64,000 nucleotides of DNA from assembly GCA_013265495.1 (NCBI GenBank), contig MU058636.1, positions 868,001-932,000 on the forward strand, written 5' to 3'. The notes beneath the pieces are model-generated. The model was not told where the DNA came from. It saw only the letters and a list, made by a program, of their open reading frames with translations, and ran no database searches. This stretch comes from Vicugna vicugna. Lineage: Eukaryota. Of this stretch, positions 42,548-54,067 are shown one piece after another; position 1 is the first letter of the stretch; every line of letters begins with the position of its first letter. The position numbers and the translations under genes are program-made.

Positions 42548-43666
42548 GCTGCGCTGGACACTGTCCCTGCACTGCCGCTGGGCTGCGGGCCGGCCGCGGG
42601 CTGCGCGGGCGCCTGGCGCGAGCCCCGCGGGCGTGCTGTGCAGCCGGAGTCGGCGTCCAGGAGCCGAGTGCCACCACTTCTCGCAGACGGGGTGGTGGCT
42701 TCCAAGTTGTACCTGTTTGGAGTTAGACTTGAGGAGAAAGTGCTAGCACAGTTTGTGTTGTGGGTTTGCTACTTCCATGGTTTACTTGACATGGTTCAGA
42801 CTGACCAGTGCGTTTTTTTCAGTGACAGTCTGTAGCAGTTGAAGCTGTGAAATGCGCTAGGGGCAAGCATTTGTCGTCATGTGTGGTGAATTCTTTCAGT
42901 GTAACAGCATTACCTGACCAATAGTACACACGCATACACAAACGTTTAACTGGTACTTGAAACATGCAGTATATGTAACTCAAACAAAATAACCAAGACT
43001 CAGAATGAGATGATTTCGATACACCTTTCATTTTAGTGTCTTATCGGTGGGTTGATTCATTTTCTACATTAATCAGTATTTTTTGACCAAGATTGCTTGG
43101 ATTTTTTGAAAGTACAAAAAGCCACATAGGTTTTCCAGGAAGGTTTCAAAACTCCCAAAGATTAATTTCCAACTTATAAGTTGTTTTTATTTTCAATCTA
43201 TGACTTGACTGGTATTAAAGCTGCTATTTGATAGTAATTAAATATGTTGTCATTGATATAAACCTGTTTGGTTCAGCAAACAAACTAAAATGATTGTCAT
43301 AGACAGTGTTTTATTTTTCCTGTTGGTGTTGCTGACTTGTGAGCATGCTTTAAGATGAAAAAAGCATGAAGATAACTTCCTTAAAAAGGTGCGGCATCCA
43401 ATTCAGATATTTTGTCCTGATTTTGAAGCTGGTTGGTGTAGTGCTACTAAAATTTTGTTCAGTTCATTTTCTTTTTTAAAACTTGTTCGCACGTTGTTTA
43501 GGGTGCCCTTACTTCAGCAAAGGAGAAGGAGTAGGAGAGCCTTAGAATTTTTGAGGAAAAAAAAACCCTATAACATACAATGTACTGTATCAAACTATTT
43601 TACATGAATGACACAAGTATTCTGAATTTAAAAAAATCGAACATTGTTAAAAACAAGGTGTTATGT

Positions 43667-43672
43667 AATAAA
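43667..43672 (+). terminator. Polyadenylation signal AATAAA (proximal of a tandem pair)
   Basis: AATAAA preceded by TGTA and followed by U/GU-rich sequence at ~43706-43745. Confidence 0.65.
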
Positions 43673-43770
43673 TTTATTTTTCATAAATCTAAATATGGAG
43701 TCAACTGTATTTTTATGGACACAAAGGTGTTTTATTTTATTTTAAAATGTACCTTAACAAGTGGCCTCTG

Positions 43771-43776
43771 AATAAA
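43771..43776 (+). terminator. Polyadenylation signal AATAAA (distal)
   Basis: AATAAA with upstream TGTA and downstream gttgttttcgtt. Confidence 0.5.
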
Positions 43777-44019
43777 TCTCTTCAGTTGTTTTCGTTAATA
43801 CTACCTGCATCTTCTGGCTCCGTGATGAAGTAATGACTTACGATTCCACACGAACTCTCTTCTCTGCGGTGCTCGGTACAGCAGTGTGAGTATAGTGTAC
43901 GCTAGTGTGCCGGGCATCCTGGCATTTGTATCCACGTGTGTCTTTTTGTTTGTGTATTTGATGTCTGTCTCTACCGCGAGGGCGGGGACTCTGCAGTCCC
44001 GCTGAGAACGAGCTAGCGT

Positions 44020-44460
44020 GGTGCCCGCACACAGCATCACCGCAAGTATTCCGTCCGGCAGCTCCCTCTCTGCCTCGCTGCCTCCCCTCCCCATCGACGG
44101 CTCTCCTCCAGCTGCCCTTGCCTCCCTCCTCTTCCTCAAAAATGTCAAGCACGTTCCTGTCTCGGGGCATTTTCCCTGCTGTGCCTTCTGTGCAGGCACC
44201 GGCCCCAGCATTTGCCAGGCTCGCTCTCAGCTCACTGAGTTCTGCTTTGTTTTTCCTCGGTCACAGTTTATCTTCTTTCCCTGCTTGACTTCTCTTCAGA
44301 GCAGCGGTCACTGCCTAGCATTTTTGTACACGTGGATTTTTGTTTGTGGATTTGTCCATCTGTCCTTCCCCCTGAGGGCAGGGACTCCCCACATTCTTCC
44401 TTAACTAGGTGGTGCTTGGCGTTTAGTTTGCATTCAATAACTATTTTTATATCTGAACTT
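44020..44460 (+). mobile_element. L2 3' fragment
   Basis: tcggggcatttccctgctgtgccttctg...gtctgtccttccccctgagggcagggac...attcaataactatt. Confidence 0.55.
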
Positions 44461-44599
44461 AAAACTGAACCAAAATACTCACCATCGTCTGTATTTCCTA
44501 GTTGTGCTGTGTGCTACAGTCACTTCTGAAATTGCTCTGCCTACCTTGTTAGATTTTAAGATTCTCCTGATATATTTCCCTCAGTTTGCACTGAATTAA

Positions 44600-45290
44600 A
44601 GAAACAAGCCAAAAAAGGTATTCAAGCTGGAAAGGAAGAAATAAAACCATTGGTATTAACAGATAATATATTTGTCTATATAGAAAATTCCAAACAATCT
44701 ACAAAAAAGCTGTTAGAACCAGTAAGTGAATTTTACCAAGGTTGTAGGGTACAAGGTATACAAAAATCATTGTATTTTTTCTACACTAGCACTGAGTAAT
44801 TAGCAATTGAAAAATTTTCTAAGTACCACTTATGTTAGCACCAAAATAATATGAAACACTTAGGCACAGATCTTATAAGATGTGTGTGCAAGATACGTTT
44901 ACTGAAAACCACAAAACCCTGATGAAAGGAATCAAAGAATAATAAATAAATGGAGAATACACTGTTTTCATGGATTGAAACATGCAATATTGTTTAAATG
45001 TCAGTTCTTCTCACACTGATCTATAGATACAACACAATTCCATTTAAAATCCTAGAAGGATATTTGGTGAAAGTCAATGAAATTTTGTAAAATTTATATG
45101 GAGAAGCAAAGGAATGGAATAAAGGAGCGGCTAGAGGATGTGCTGGTGTTCAGACTTGGACCTGTCTAGACCTCCAGTAATCAAGGCATTGTGGTGCTGG
45201 AAAAATAGTAGATGGATCAGTGGAACAGTATGAAAGTCCAGAAAGGTACCAACACATACCAGGTCAGTTAGTTGTCCATGAAACAAACAG
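44600..45290 (+). mobile_element. Old L1 ORF2 fragment
   Basis: ggaaaggaagaaataaaac...cagataatatatttgtctatatagaaaa (ADD-motif region), tcatggattgaaa. Confidence 0.85.
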
Positions 45291-45386
45291 AACCTCTAGT
45301 CAAGGAGTCAGGATACACACACGCTGGAAACACAACATTGGGTCAAGCACTAAAAGGAAGGTTGGGAGCCACAGCTGTCCTCTTTT

Positions 45387-45509
45387 CTATTCATTGCTTG
45401 TTTTTTCATTTCTGTTTTGGGGGGACGTAATTAGGTTTATTTATTTACTTGCTTATTTTAATGCAGGTACTGGAGATTGAATCTACCACCAGCTGTACCC
45501 TTCCCGCTT
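45387..45509 (-). mobile_element. Vic-1-like SINE with internal deletion
   Basis: Tail and both ends of the head present; TSD agctgtcct(c/g)tttt at 45373-45386 and 45510-45523. Confidence 0.8.
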
Positions 45510-45849
45510 AGCTGTCCTGTTTTGAGGGGAGAGAGTAGCCTGGTGGGAAGGGCTTCCTGGCAGGTGAGGGTTGGTGCAGAGCATCAGAAGAAGGCGGGGC
45601 TTGGGGTCAGAAGACCTAGATCTTGGCCCTGCTGGTTACTTAATACAAGTCCTTGGTCAAGTCACTCAACTTTTCCAAGTCCCTGCCAGTAATAAGAATT
45701 GCAGTAATGCTGGTGATGCTTTCACGGTCACAGAAATGCTGGAAGGCACTGTGTAAAGCAAACTATAAACCGCTGTTCAAATTTGCATAATTAACCCTCT
45801 CATCGCATCTGGACCCCCAAAGTAGACTGAAAACCCACCATGTACCTGG

Positions 45850-46010
45850 CACTTTGTGAAGCATTTCACACATAAGGTTTCCTCACAAAGGCTTTATGCA
45901 TTAAGTATTATTTTCCCAGTTTACAAATGAGGAAAGTGAAGTTTGGAGAGATCGTGCCCCACTCACTCAGTCAGCCTAGTGACAGAGTCAAATCTGGCTC
46001 CAGGCCCCAG
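45850..46010 (-). mobile_element. MIR fragment
   Basis: tattattttcccagtttacaaatgaggaaagtga. Confidence 0.65.
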
Positions 46011-46399
46011 AGAAAGGGAGCCTAGGACGGTCACCAAGGGTGAAGTGGCCTTGGTCCCGAGCGCGGAACGCATCTTGAGCAGCAGTCGCCAGAGGCGACA
46101 CGGATAAGCTTGTGCGCTGCCAGGGAGGGCCGCTCTGTTTTCAGAGGAAGTCATTTCTTGGTGTGCTTTCGCATTTAAATTACAAAAAGAACTTCTGTTG
46201 TACTAGTTACTGATACTGTCTGTTGAAAGCATACTCAACAATACAGTGGATGTAAAAACTGGTGCTGGTTTAACAGGCCCTAAAATCCACTTGATTAGTA
46301 TACAGTAATTGCTTTTCCAGCAGAGTTTCCGCATTGGCAAAAAGTAAGCTGTACAGAGGCAAAAAGAGGCATTGAAAATTTTTCTCTGACTTAGTCAAA

Positions 46400-46955
46400 G
46401 GCTTTTGCTATGCCCAGTCATACTGGACTCTGTGCACCCTAAGAATCCTCTTGGCCCCCTTCTTCCTCCAGCCACTGCCCCAGTGACTGCTTCCACACAG
46501 GCTGCACACATGTTTGGTCAGGTGCTTTGCCGGGGCCCACCCCCGTCAAGTGTGTGTCCTTCCCTGCCACTAAGCTTCTCTGATGCTTCGGTGCACAGTG
46601 CTCATAGGACCCTCACTGCACTCGGGTTGCAAAGGGGAACTGATGCCCATAGGGTTACCTTGAGCAATGGATTAAAGGAGTCAGTAGGTAGATGCTTCCT
46701 CCACTGATTCCCAAAGCAGAGCAGTTTGGAGATGTGTTTCATGTGGCTTTTCTGAATGTCTTGACAGAACCGAGCACCAGTCACCCACAGTGGCAGCCAG
46801 CCGAATATGCGTCCTTGCATTGGCTTCCTTCCTTTCTTGTTCCCTCCCTTAGTTCACTCTGCTTCCCCCTGAGACCACATTCACACGTGAACCAACTGTG
46901 TGCAATTCTTTGTCTTGTCTGCTGTTTGGGGGGAGTGTGGAATCCAGGCGAGAAA
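46400..46955 (+). mobile_element. LTR16-like ERV-L LTR
   Basis: cattggcttccttcctttc...tgcttccccctgagaccac...tgtcttgtctgctgtttgggg resembles the recalled LTR16 3' half; 5' boundary uncertain. Confidence 0.55.
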
Positions 46956-47590
46956 AGTTTGTATTCAAATGGGTCTTCAGAAGATGTCAGCAATAAGGAA
47001 TCCATTGCTGGTAAAGTCCGTGCTAACCCATGATTTGCAGCAGTGTCAACGTTACTGAGATTTTCCCTGGGGTCATTTAGGATGAGCTACAGGTGGATCA
47101 TGGGATTATGAAGAAGCTGGGGCCTGGGTATTTAAAAGATCATCAGGTTGGCTGGCTTTGTTAACTGCTTTGGAAGACACAAAAAAGTAACAAGATAAGC
47201 TCAGGTCAGCCAACTATCAGGACATGCTGCGAAAGTCGAAGGGTCAGAGTGGGTGGCTGACAGATGCAAACTTAGCGTAAGCTGAGCCAAGTCATCATGC
47301 AAGTGCAGCTGCTGTGCCGGGCAGTTCTGCTTCACCAGACCAGACCAACACAGCTGCTAGCGCTTCGTATGTGGCTTTTGGTTAGACACACACATCCTTA
47401 GTCCCCCATCAATGAGGAAGATGGAAATACCTGACGTTTACGTGGGAAGGTCAGCCGTTACACTCTGTCTTGTTTCAAGGCTGCGTTAACTCTGTGTTAC
47501 GACATAGTCCGCAGGAGAGTGATGTCACGGGAGATGCTGGGTTAGGAGATGCCAGGAATCCACCTCCACCTGGACAACACCGTACTGGCA
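46956..47590 (+). mobile_element. ERV-L internal remnant (gag- and pol/RT-like, frameshifted)
   Basis: Degenerate similarity to GWLLLTALE (47149 onward) and to KLNQV..AAAVP..EQINTA / FTWEGQ.Y..LPQG.VNS of class III RT (47245-47500). Confidence 0.65.
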
Positions 47591-49094
47591 GAAACAGTCT
47601 GAAGTGACCGTTTTGGAACTGTGGCGTTCATTCGAACAAAAATACTTAGAGACAAATGAAAAAGGAAGCACAACGTGCCCCGAGCTATGGAAGGAGCAAA
47701 GCAGTGCACAGAGGGAAATGCAGAGCTGCGAACGTCTACAGGAAAACACAGAAAAGGCTCAAACCAGTGACGTAACTACTCCTTCGGGGACTAGAATAAG
47801 CTAAACCCGAAGACAGCAAAAGGAAAGAAAGTACAAAGCGTAGGGCAAAGAGAAACAAAACAGGAAAAACAATAGAGAAAACCGCTGCAATCCAAAACTC
47901 GTTCTTGGAAAAAGATGAACAAAATCGACAACTTCAGCTAGTCTGACACAAGGAGTGAGAAAGTGCAAATAACTCAAATCAGAAACGAAAGCGGCGTTAC
48001 TGCTGCCTTTACAGAGATCAAAAGGCTTATGGGGGAATACTGTAAAAACTGGACACTGACAAATCGGATAACCTAGAAGAAGTAGACAAATTCCCTGACA
48101 CATAGTTTACCTAAACTGAATCAAGAAGAAACGGAAATCTCAACATTCCTCCAAGTAAACAGATGGAATCAGTAATCCAAAAACCTCACAAATTAATGTC
48201 CTGGACTAGATGACTTCACTGATGAATTCTACCAAACGTTTAAAGAAGAATCAGTGCCTCTTTTTCTCAAACTCTTCCAAAAAATTTTAAGTTGAGGTAA
48301 CACTTCCAAACTCATTCCATGAGGCCAACATAGACTCTGATCCCAGTGCCTGAGAAAGACATCACAAGGAAATTACAGACCAGTGATTCTTGGAAGAGAT
48401 GAATCCTCAAGCAAACGTTAGCAAAGGAAATCCAACAGCTTTCGGAAAGGGCTGTTGACCATGACTAGGCAGGAGTTACCCCAGGAATACAAGGCTAGTT
48501 TCACAAAAGGAAAACCATCAATGTAATATATCCTGTTAATAGAATAAAGGGGGGAAATGATCATCTCGATGCAGAAAAGGCATTTAACATAAGCTTTTAG
48601 AAATCTAGGAACAGAGGGGAAATTCCTCAGCGTGATAAAGAATAGTTATGAAAAACCCACAGTTAACGTGAAATGGTCAAAGACTGAAAGCTTTGCCCCT
48701 AAGATCAGGAACGAGACAAGCATGCCTGCTTCCACCACTGCTATTCAACATGGTACTGGAAGTTCCAGCCAGAGTTATTAGACAAGAAAAAGAAAAACAT
48801 CCAAATTGGAATGGAAGGGGTAAAACTGTCTCTGATCACAGATGACGTGAGGTTACATACAGAAAGTGCAGAGAATCCGCAGCAGAGCTGATAAATGAGT
48901 CCAGCAAGTTACAGGGTACAAGCTCAGCACCTAGAAATCAGCCGTGGTCCTATACACCAGCCGTGAGCCATCCAGAGAGGAAAAGAGAAGAGCAATTCCA
49001 ATTACAACAACACGAAAATGAAGGCAATCCTTAGGAATGCATCTAGGCAACAAGGTAAAAAAAATAACAGAATTGCTGAAATTAAAGAAGACCT

Positions 49095-49217
49095 GGGCGG
49101 GGAGGGTGTAGCTAAGTGGTAGAGTGCATGCTTAGCATACACAAGTCCTGAGTTCAGTCCCCAGCACCTCCTCTAAAAATAAATAAATAAGTAACACCCC
49201 CCTCTCCCCAAAATTTA
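49095..49217 (+). mobile_element. Vic-1-like SINE in L1
   Basis: tRNA-like head; 17-bp TSD gaaattaaagaaga(c/t)ct at 49078-49094 and 49218-49234. Confidence 0.92.
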
Positions 49218-49436
49218 GAAATTAAAGAAGATCTAAAGAAATGAAAATCATCCTAGGTTCAGGGACAGGAAGACTTGTTAAGATGTCAGTACCCCAAAGC
49301 AACCTACAGCCTCAGTGGAGTTCCTATCAAATTTTCAGTAGCCTTTTCCACAGGTACGGACAAGCTTATCCTCTAATTCAAGCTAAGTGCAAGGGGCCCT
49401 GAATAGCCAAAGCAATCTGGAAAAACAGTGAAGTTA

Positions 49437-49578
49437 GGGGGGAGGCGTAACTCAAGTGATAGAGCGCAGGCTTAGCATGCATGAAGTCCTGGGTTCAGTC
49501 CCCAGTACCTCCTCTAAAAATAAGTAAATAAACCTAATTACCTCCCCCCAATAAATAAATAAATACATAAATAATTGT
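49437..49578 (+). mobile_element. Vic-1-like SINE in L1
   Basis: Head with cttagcatgcatgaagtcctgggttcagtccccagtacctcc and (taaa)n tail. Confidence 0.9.
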
Positions 49579-49671
49579 TTAAAAGAATAAAGTTTTGGGG
49601 ACTCCCACTTTCTGAATTCAGACCTTACTGCAAAGCTATAATAATTAAAAATTACTGTTACAGTATGGTAC

Positions 49672-49998
49672 TAAGGACTTCTTTAAACCTCTTTAAGATT
49701 CTGTTGATGTTGTCTTTGTTGTATTTTTATTTCATGGGTGTTCATCCCTCCAAAAAATGGGAAAAAATTATCTAAATATTAATATTTACATTTAAAAATC
49801 TGCACTTTGAAACAACAGGAAAAAATGGAGTATTTCCTTTTTTAAGTATGTGTTTTGGTTCTAAAAATAAAAATAAAACATATAAAAACTTAAGCAAACA
49901 TTATAAGCAAGTAAACTCGCTTATTTGTAAGTGTTATTGTTTTGGAACTTAAAGAAGAATTATCTGAATAAAGTCCAGTCCTTCAAAAAAAAACCAAA
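49672..49998 (+). pseudogene. Putative 5'-truncated retrocopy of an unidentified mRNA 3' end
   Basis: Non-L1 AT-rich insert; AATAAA at 49967-49972, A9 at 49985-49993; TSD acagtatg(g/t)tac at 49660-49671 and 49999-50010. Confidence 0.6.
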
Positions 49999-50164
49999 AC
50001 AGTATGTTACCGACAAAGGACAGATGTATAAACTCAATGGGAGAGAACAGAGCGCCCAGAAATAAACCCTCAGTTAGACAGTCACCTAACGAGCCACATG
50101 GGAGCCAAAACACAGAGTGGGGGAAGGACAGGCTTTTCAATAAATGGTATTGGGAAAACTGCAC

Positions 50165-50480
50165 CCCATGCCATGTCGTTGCGACCACCCTAGCTCTGTA
50201 ATACATTTTGCAATCAGAAGGTGTCATGGCTTTGGCTTGGTCCTTCTCTCTCAGGATTGCTTTGGCAGTTCAGGGTCTTTTGTGGTTCTCTACAAATTTT
50301 AGGATTGTTTTTTCTGTTTCTGTGAAAAATGCCCTTGGTATTTTGATAGGGGTTGCATTGAATCTTTCGATTGCTTAGGTAGTATAAACATTTTAATAAT
50401 ATTAATTTTTCCAAACCACAGGCATGGAGTATCTTTTCATTTAGTTGTGTCTTCCTCACTTTCTATCCTCGAAGTCTTAT
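50165..50480 (-). mobile_element. L1 ORF2 fragment, opposite orientation
   Basis: caggattgctttggcagttcagggtcttttgtggttc...ttttgataggggttgcattgaatct. Confidence 0.88.
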
Positions 50481-52604
50481 AGAATAAAGTCTTCTACAGA
50501 ATGCCCAGTGAAAATAAAAATATACAGATTTTTCCTTGCTAAATCTGACAACCCTCGTTTAGTCTAGGCCCTACTCAGTCTAAAATGTTGCATATCAGAG
50601 AATCGCTTCTATTTTGAGTGATACTAAGAGACAATCTCACTTTATATTTAGGCATTAACAGTGATTTCTTCCTCAGTATGCAATGCCATAAGCATTCTTG
50701 AGTGTATTTCCAAGTAATTTTTTCTTTGGTGGGAGATGGAAATTATTTTGGAGAATAAAGTATTAAAAGACTGGGTTCACCTATGGTCTGAAAAATGCCA
50801 CCAGAACCCACATGACTAATTAAAATAGGGTGTTCTCAACATGGGCTTGGACTGGGAGAGTATGTCCACATTTTCAGATTTATTCTCCCTGAGTCTTGGC
50901 ACAGCAGCATTTTTCAAAGGCAAGTGTCATCTTTACCCACCATCCTGACTCCACAGACTGCAGGTATTTGCTAAGCTACGAGTGCTTGCGAGGCAATTTA
51001 AATGGCAAGTCGTAGGATCAAGGAAGAAATCTAGAATTAAAGAATTCCTTTAATCACACTGACTTTTTGTTTAAACAGAAGTCTTCAGGACTGAATTTCT
51101 TCATAAAACTAAACATGTTTTCTTCATTCATTCTTGGGCGTGGAAACAATAACACTTTCATTTTCCCCAGCTATGTTATTTAGAAAGAGTAACTCAGTTT
51201 ACCCCAGTGCTGCGGAATCCTGGTGGGGTGTCAGATCTTTAATAGCTTAACTTGTTCTGTCACTTTATTACATTAGGGGGAAAAAATAATGTTTGCCACT
51301 TTGAATTCCGGCTCAGACTCTGTGAAGAGGTGCTCTGTTCATCTGCGGCTCCCGGACACCCTCGGTTAGTATCCAATTGTACCCGGCTTGAATCATTTCC
51401 TATGATTCAGAAAATCACTTTTGTTCTGTCCCCAAGGATACAAATTGGAAGTAAAGTGATAAAACTTGGAAGTAACCCAATAAAACAGCCCTGGGAAGCA
51501 TGAAGCTCTTAGACTCACCAGTTGGTGAGGGGAAGATCTTGCCCAGATGTGCTGGGAAAATCCCTTCCGCACATTATTCACTGCCTTCTGTAATTCAGGG
51601 ATTTTTTCTAGCTTGTTTGCTTTCTTCTTCTTTTTATGTAGAAAAGCAGCTGCTTCTCTTGTGGACAGATGACACCGCTGGTTCTGAGAAACTTTGAGAG
51701 CTCCCCGCCTTGCAGGCTGATGCAGTGGGGAGGCTGGCAGCTTCTTCAAGCCCCGGGTTCAAAGGCCTTTTCCTCCATCACATTCCTTTCCCTAAAGAAT
51801 ACCCGCCTTCCTTTCCAGCCATCCTCTCTCCACCAGCCAGACAGCCGACACTAACCAGAGCCCCGCCAGCCCAGTCCTCGCCCGCACAGTCGGCCACGCG
51901 GAGGAAGATGGCCTGTGTGCTAAGTCGAGCACTTTCAAGGGGGAGGTTTTAAACATTCATTTAACAAATGGCATTTCCTTCGGGCTTTGGTTTTTCCATT
52001 CTTCAGGGCCAGGGCGCCGGGGCCAAGGTGTTCTGCAGCCCCTCTCATCCAGCCGACTTGAAAGGATGCCCGGCCGTCTTTCCTTTGGAACTAGATTTCC
52101 TTCACGGTATTTTATGCCGAGTGATGACGTGCGGTCCAGGGTCAGGCTGAAAAGGGGACATTAGCGCCTGGCCTGAGGACATGGCACGTTCTGGAGGAAG
52201 ACATGGGAACTGCAGTCTGGCCTTCACCGTCTCCTGGGGCAGTGGTGGGACACCTCAGTCTGTTTCCCTGGGGCTCGGCTTTCCCTGCGTGAAGCAGGGA
52301 GCGTGGGGAGTAACCAGTCCCAACAGGCAGACTCGGGGCTGCTCGGTGAATTCCAAGCCAAGCTGGCATCTTTACAGAGTGCCAGTACCCATCTGCACGG
52401 GTGAGCTGAGCCTTCCGGAGAGTCTGGCAGGGGCCTCGCGTGAGCTCACCGCACCTGCTTTCCGCGTTACCTGCCCACCCTCTGAGCGTCACAGGAGCAG
52501 AAACCCGGCCTGATATACTCCCCAAGGACACGGGCACCCAGTAGGGGCACCTGGCACGGTGGCTGCCAGGGAGGGGGCACTTGATGATAAAACGTCAGTT
52601 AAAA

Positions 52605-53145
52605 CCATTACAACAGCCAAGACATGGAAGCAACCTAAATGCCCATCGACGGATGACTGGATAAAGATACGGTGTATATACAATGGAATACTACTCAGCT
52701 GTGAAAAGAATGAAATAATGCCATTTGCAGCAGCATGGACCTAGAGATTGTCGTACTAAGTGAAGTAAGTCAGACAGAGAAAGACAAATATGATATCACT
52801 CATATGAGGAATCTAAAAAATGACACAAACGAACTTACTTACAAACCAGAAATAAACTCACAGACATAGAAAACAAACTATGGTCACCAGAGGGGAACAG
52901 AGTGGGGAGGGGGTAAAGGAGGAGTTTGGGGTTGGCAGATACAAACTACTACATATAAAACAGGTGAACACAAGAACCTCCCGTGTAGCACAGGGAAAGA
53001 TACTATCTTTCAGTGGCCTGTAATGGGAAAGAATCTGAAAGGAAAAAAAATACACACACACACACACACATATATAAACTGAATCACTTTGCTGCACACC
53101 TGAAACTAACACATTGTAAATCAACTGTACTCCAATTTAAAAAAT
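52605..53145 (+). mobile_element. Younger cetartiodactyl-type L1 3' end
   Basis: acaacagccaagacatggaagcaacctaaatgcccatcgac ... aactgaatcactttgctgcacacctgaaactaacacattgtaaatcaact plus A tail. Confidence 0.9.
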
Positions 53146-53601
53146 GAGTTAAACTAGTTCATCTGGGAAGACGGTGTTTAAAGCTACAGTTTCTAGTTGA
53201 CTTTTCCCCCCATAGTGAGCAGAAGTTCTAAGAGGTCAAATGTCTTCACTTTTATGGTTATTTTAAATAGATTTTGATTGCTTTTTCTCTTCCTGGGAGA
53301 AGTTGCTTAGCCATTTCAATTTTTGACGTCTACTAAAAGCACTGAACATTTCTAAGCACACTTCAGTACCTTCCCTAACATCTTCCAAAATAAGTAAGTA
53401 GGGACCCCGTTTTCCCCGCCCCTGAGTCCTCCCGCGGCCCCGCACCGCCCAGGCTCCCTGGGTTTGAGCAGGGTGTGGGGACTTTGATCTCCAGTCCTAG
53501 AAAATGTTGTGTCCCTTTGTGTTTTTAAAAAAAAAAAATCTCTGCTCCCTTTGAGTTAACAAAATTCTTGCTTGCTTTTTTGACCCCATGATTCCCGAGG
53601 A

Positions 53602-54067
53602 CAGGCAGACCTTGTTTTGTTGCACTTCGCTGTATTGCGTTTCGCAGATACCACATATTTTACAGATTGAAGGTTTGTGCCAACTTCGTGTTGATCAAGT
53701 CTGTCGGAGCCATTTTTCCAACAGCATTTGCTCCCTCCGTGTCTCTGTGCCACAGTTTGGTCATTCTTACAATATTTCAAACTTCTCTATTACTGTCATG
53801 ATGATCTGTGATCAGGGATCTTTGATGTCACTACTGTGCCTGGCTGAAGGCTCAGATAATAGTTAGCATTTTTCAGCAGTGAATTTTTTAAAACTCAGGT
53901 GTGTCCATTGTTTTTTCGGACATAATGCTATTTTATTGCACACTTACCAGACTGCAGTGGGGTGCAAACATAACTCCTATGCACTGGGAAACCAGAACAT
54001 TCATGTGACTCGCTCGATTGTGCTGCCCACTTTATTGTGGTCTGGAATGGAGCCTGAAGTGTCTCTG
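53602..54067 (+). mobile_element. Internally deleted Tigger1 derivative (Tigger1a_Art-like)
   Basis: Tigger1 5' end (caggcagaccttgttttgttgcacttcgct...ttgaaggtttgtg) joined to its 3' end (gctgaaggctcagat...tgcactgggaaacca). Confidence 0.8.

Larger units (their letters stand above)
42548..43800 (+). other. CDK8: CDK8 3' UTR (end approximate)
   Basis: Follows the stop codon; no repeats recognised; AU-rich after a GC-rich first ~150 nt; ends near AATAAA signals. Confidence 0.75.
47630..50162 (+). mobile_element. L1 ORF2 segment interrupted by two SINEs and a retroposed insert
   Basis: KYLETNE..TT..LW, cctggactagatgacttcactgatgaattctaccaaac (PGPDGF region), gatgcagaaaaggcattt (DAEKAF), and after the insert ttttcaataaatggtattgggaaaactg (FNKWYWEN). 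Confidence 0.92.

Noticed and set aside
52535..52582. CTCF-like sites (cccagtaggggcac, gccagggagggggcac; also 34763-34780)
   Set aside because: Each needs an indel or several mismatches to the core motif; not supportable without a PWM scan or ChIP data.
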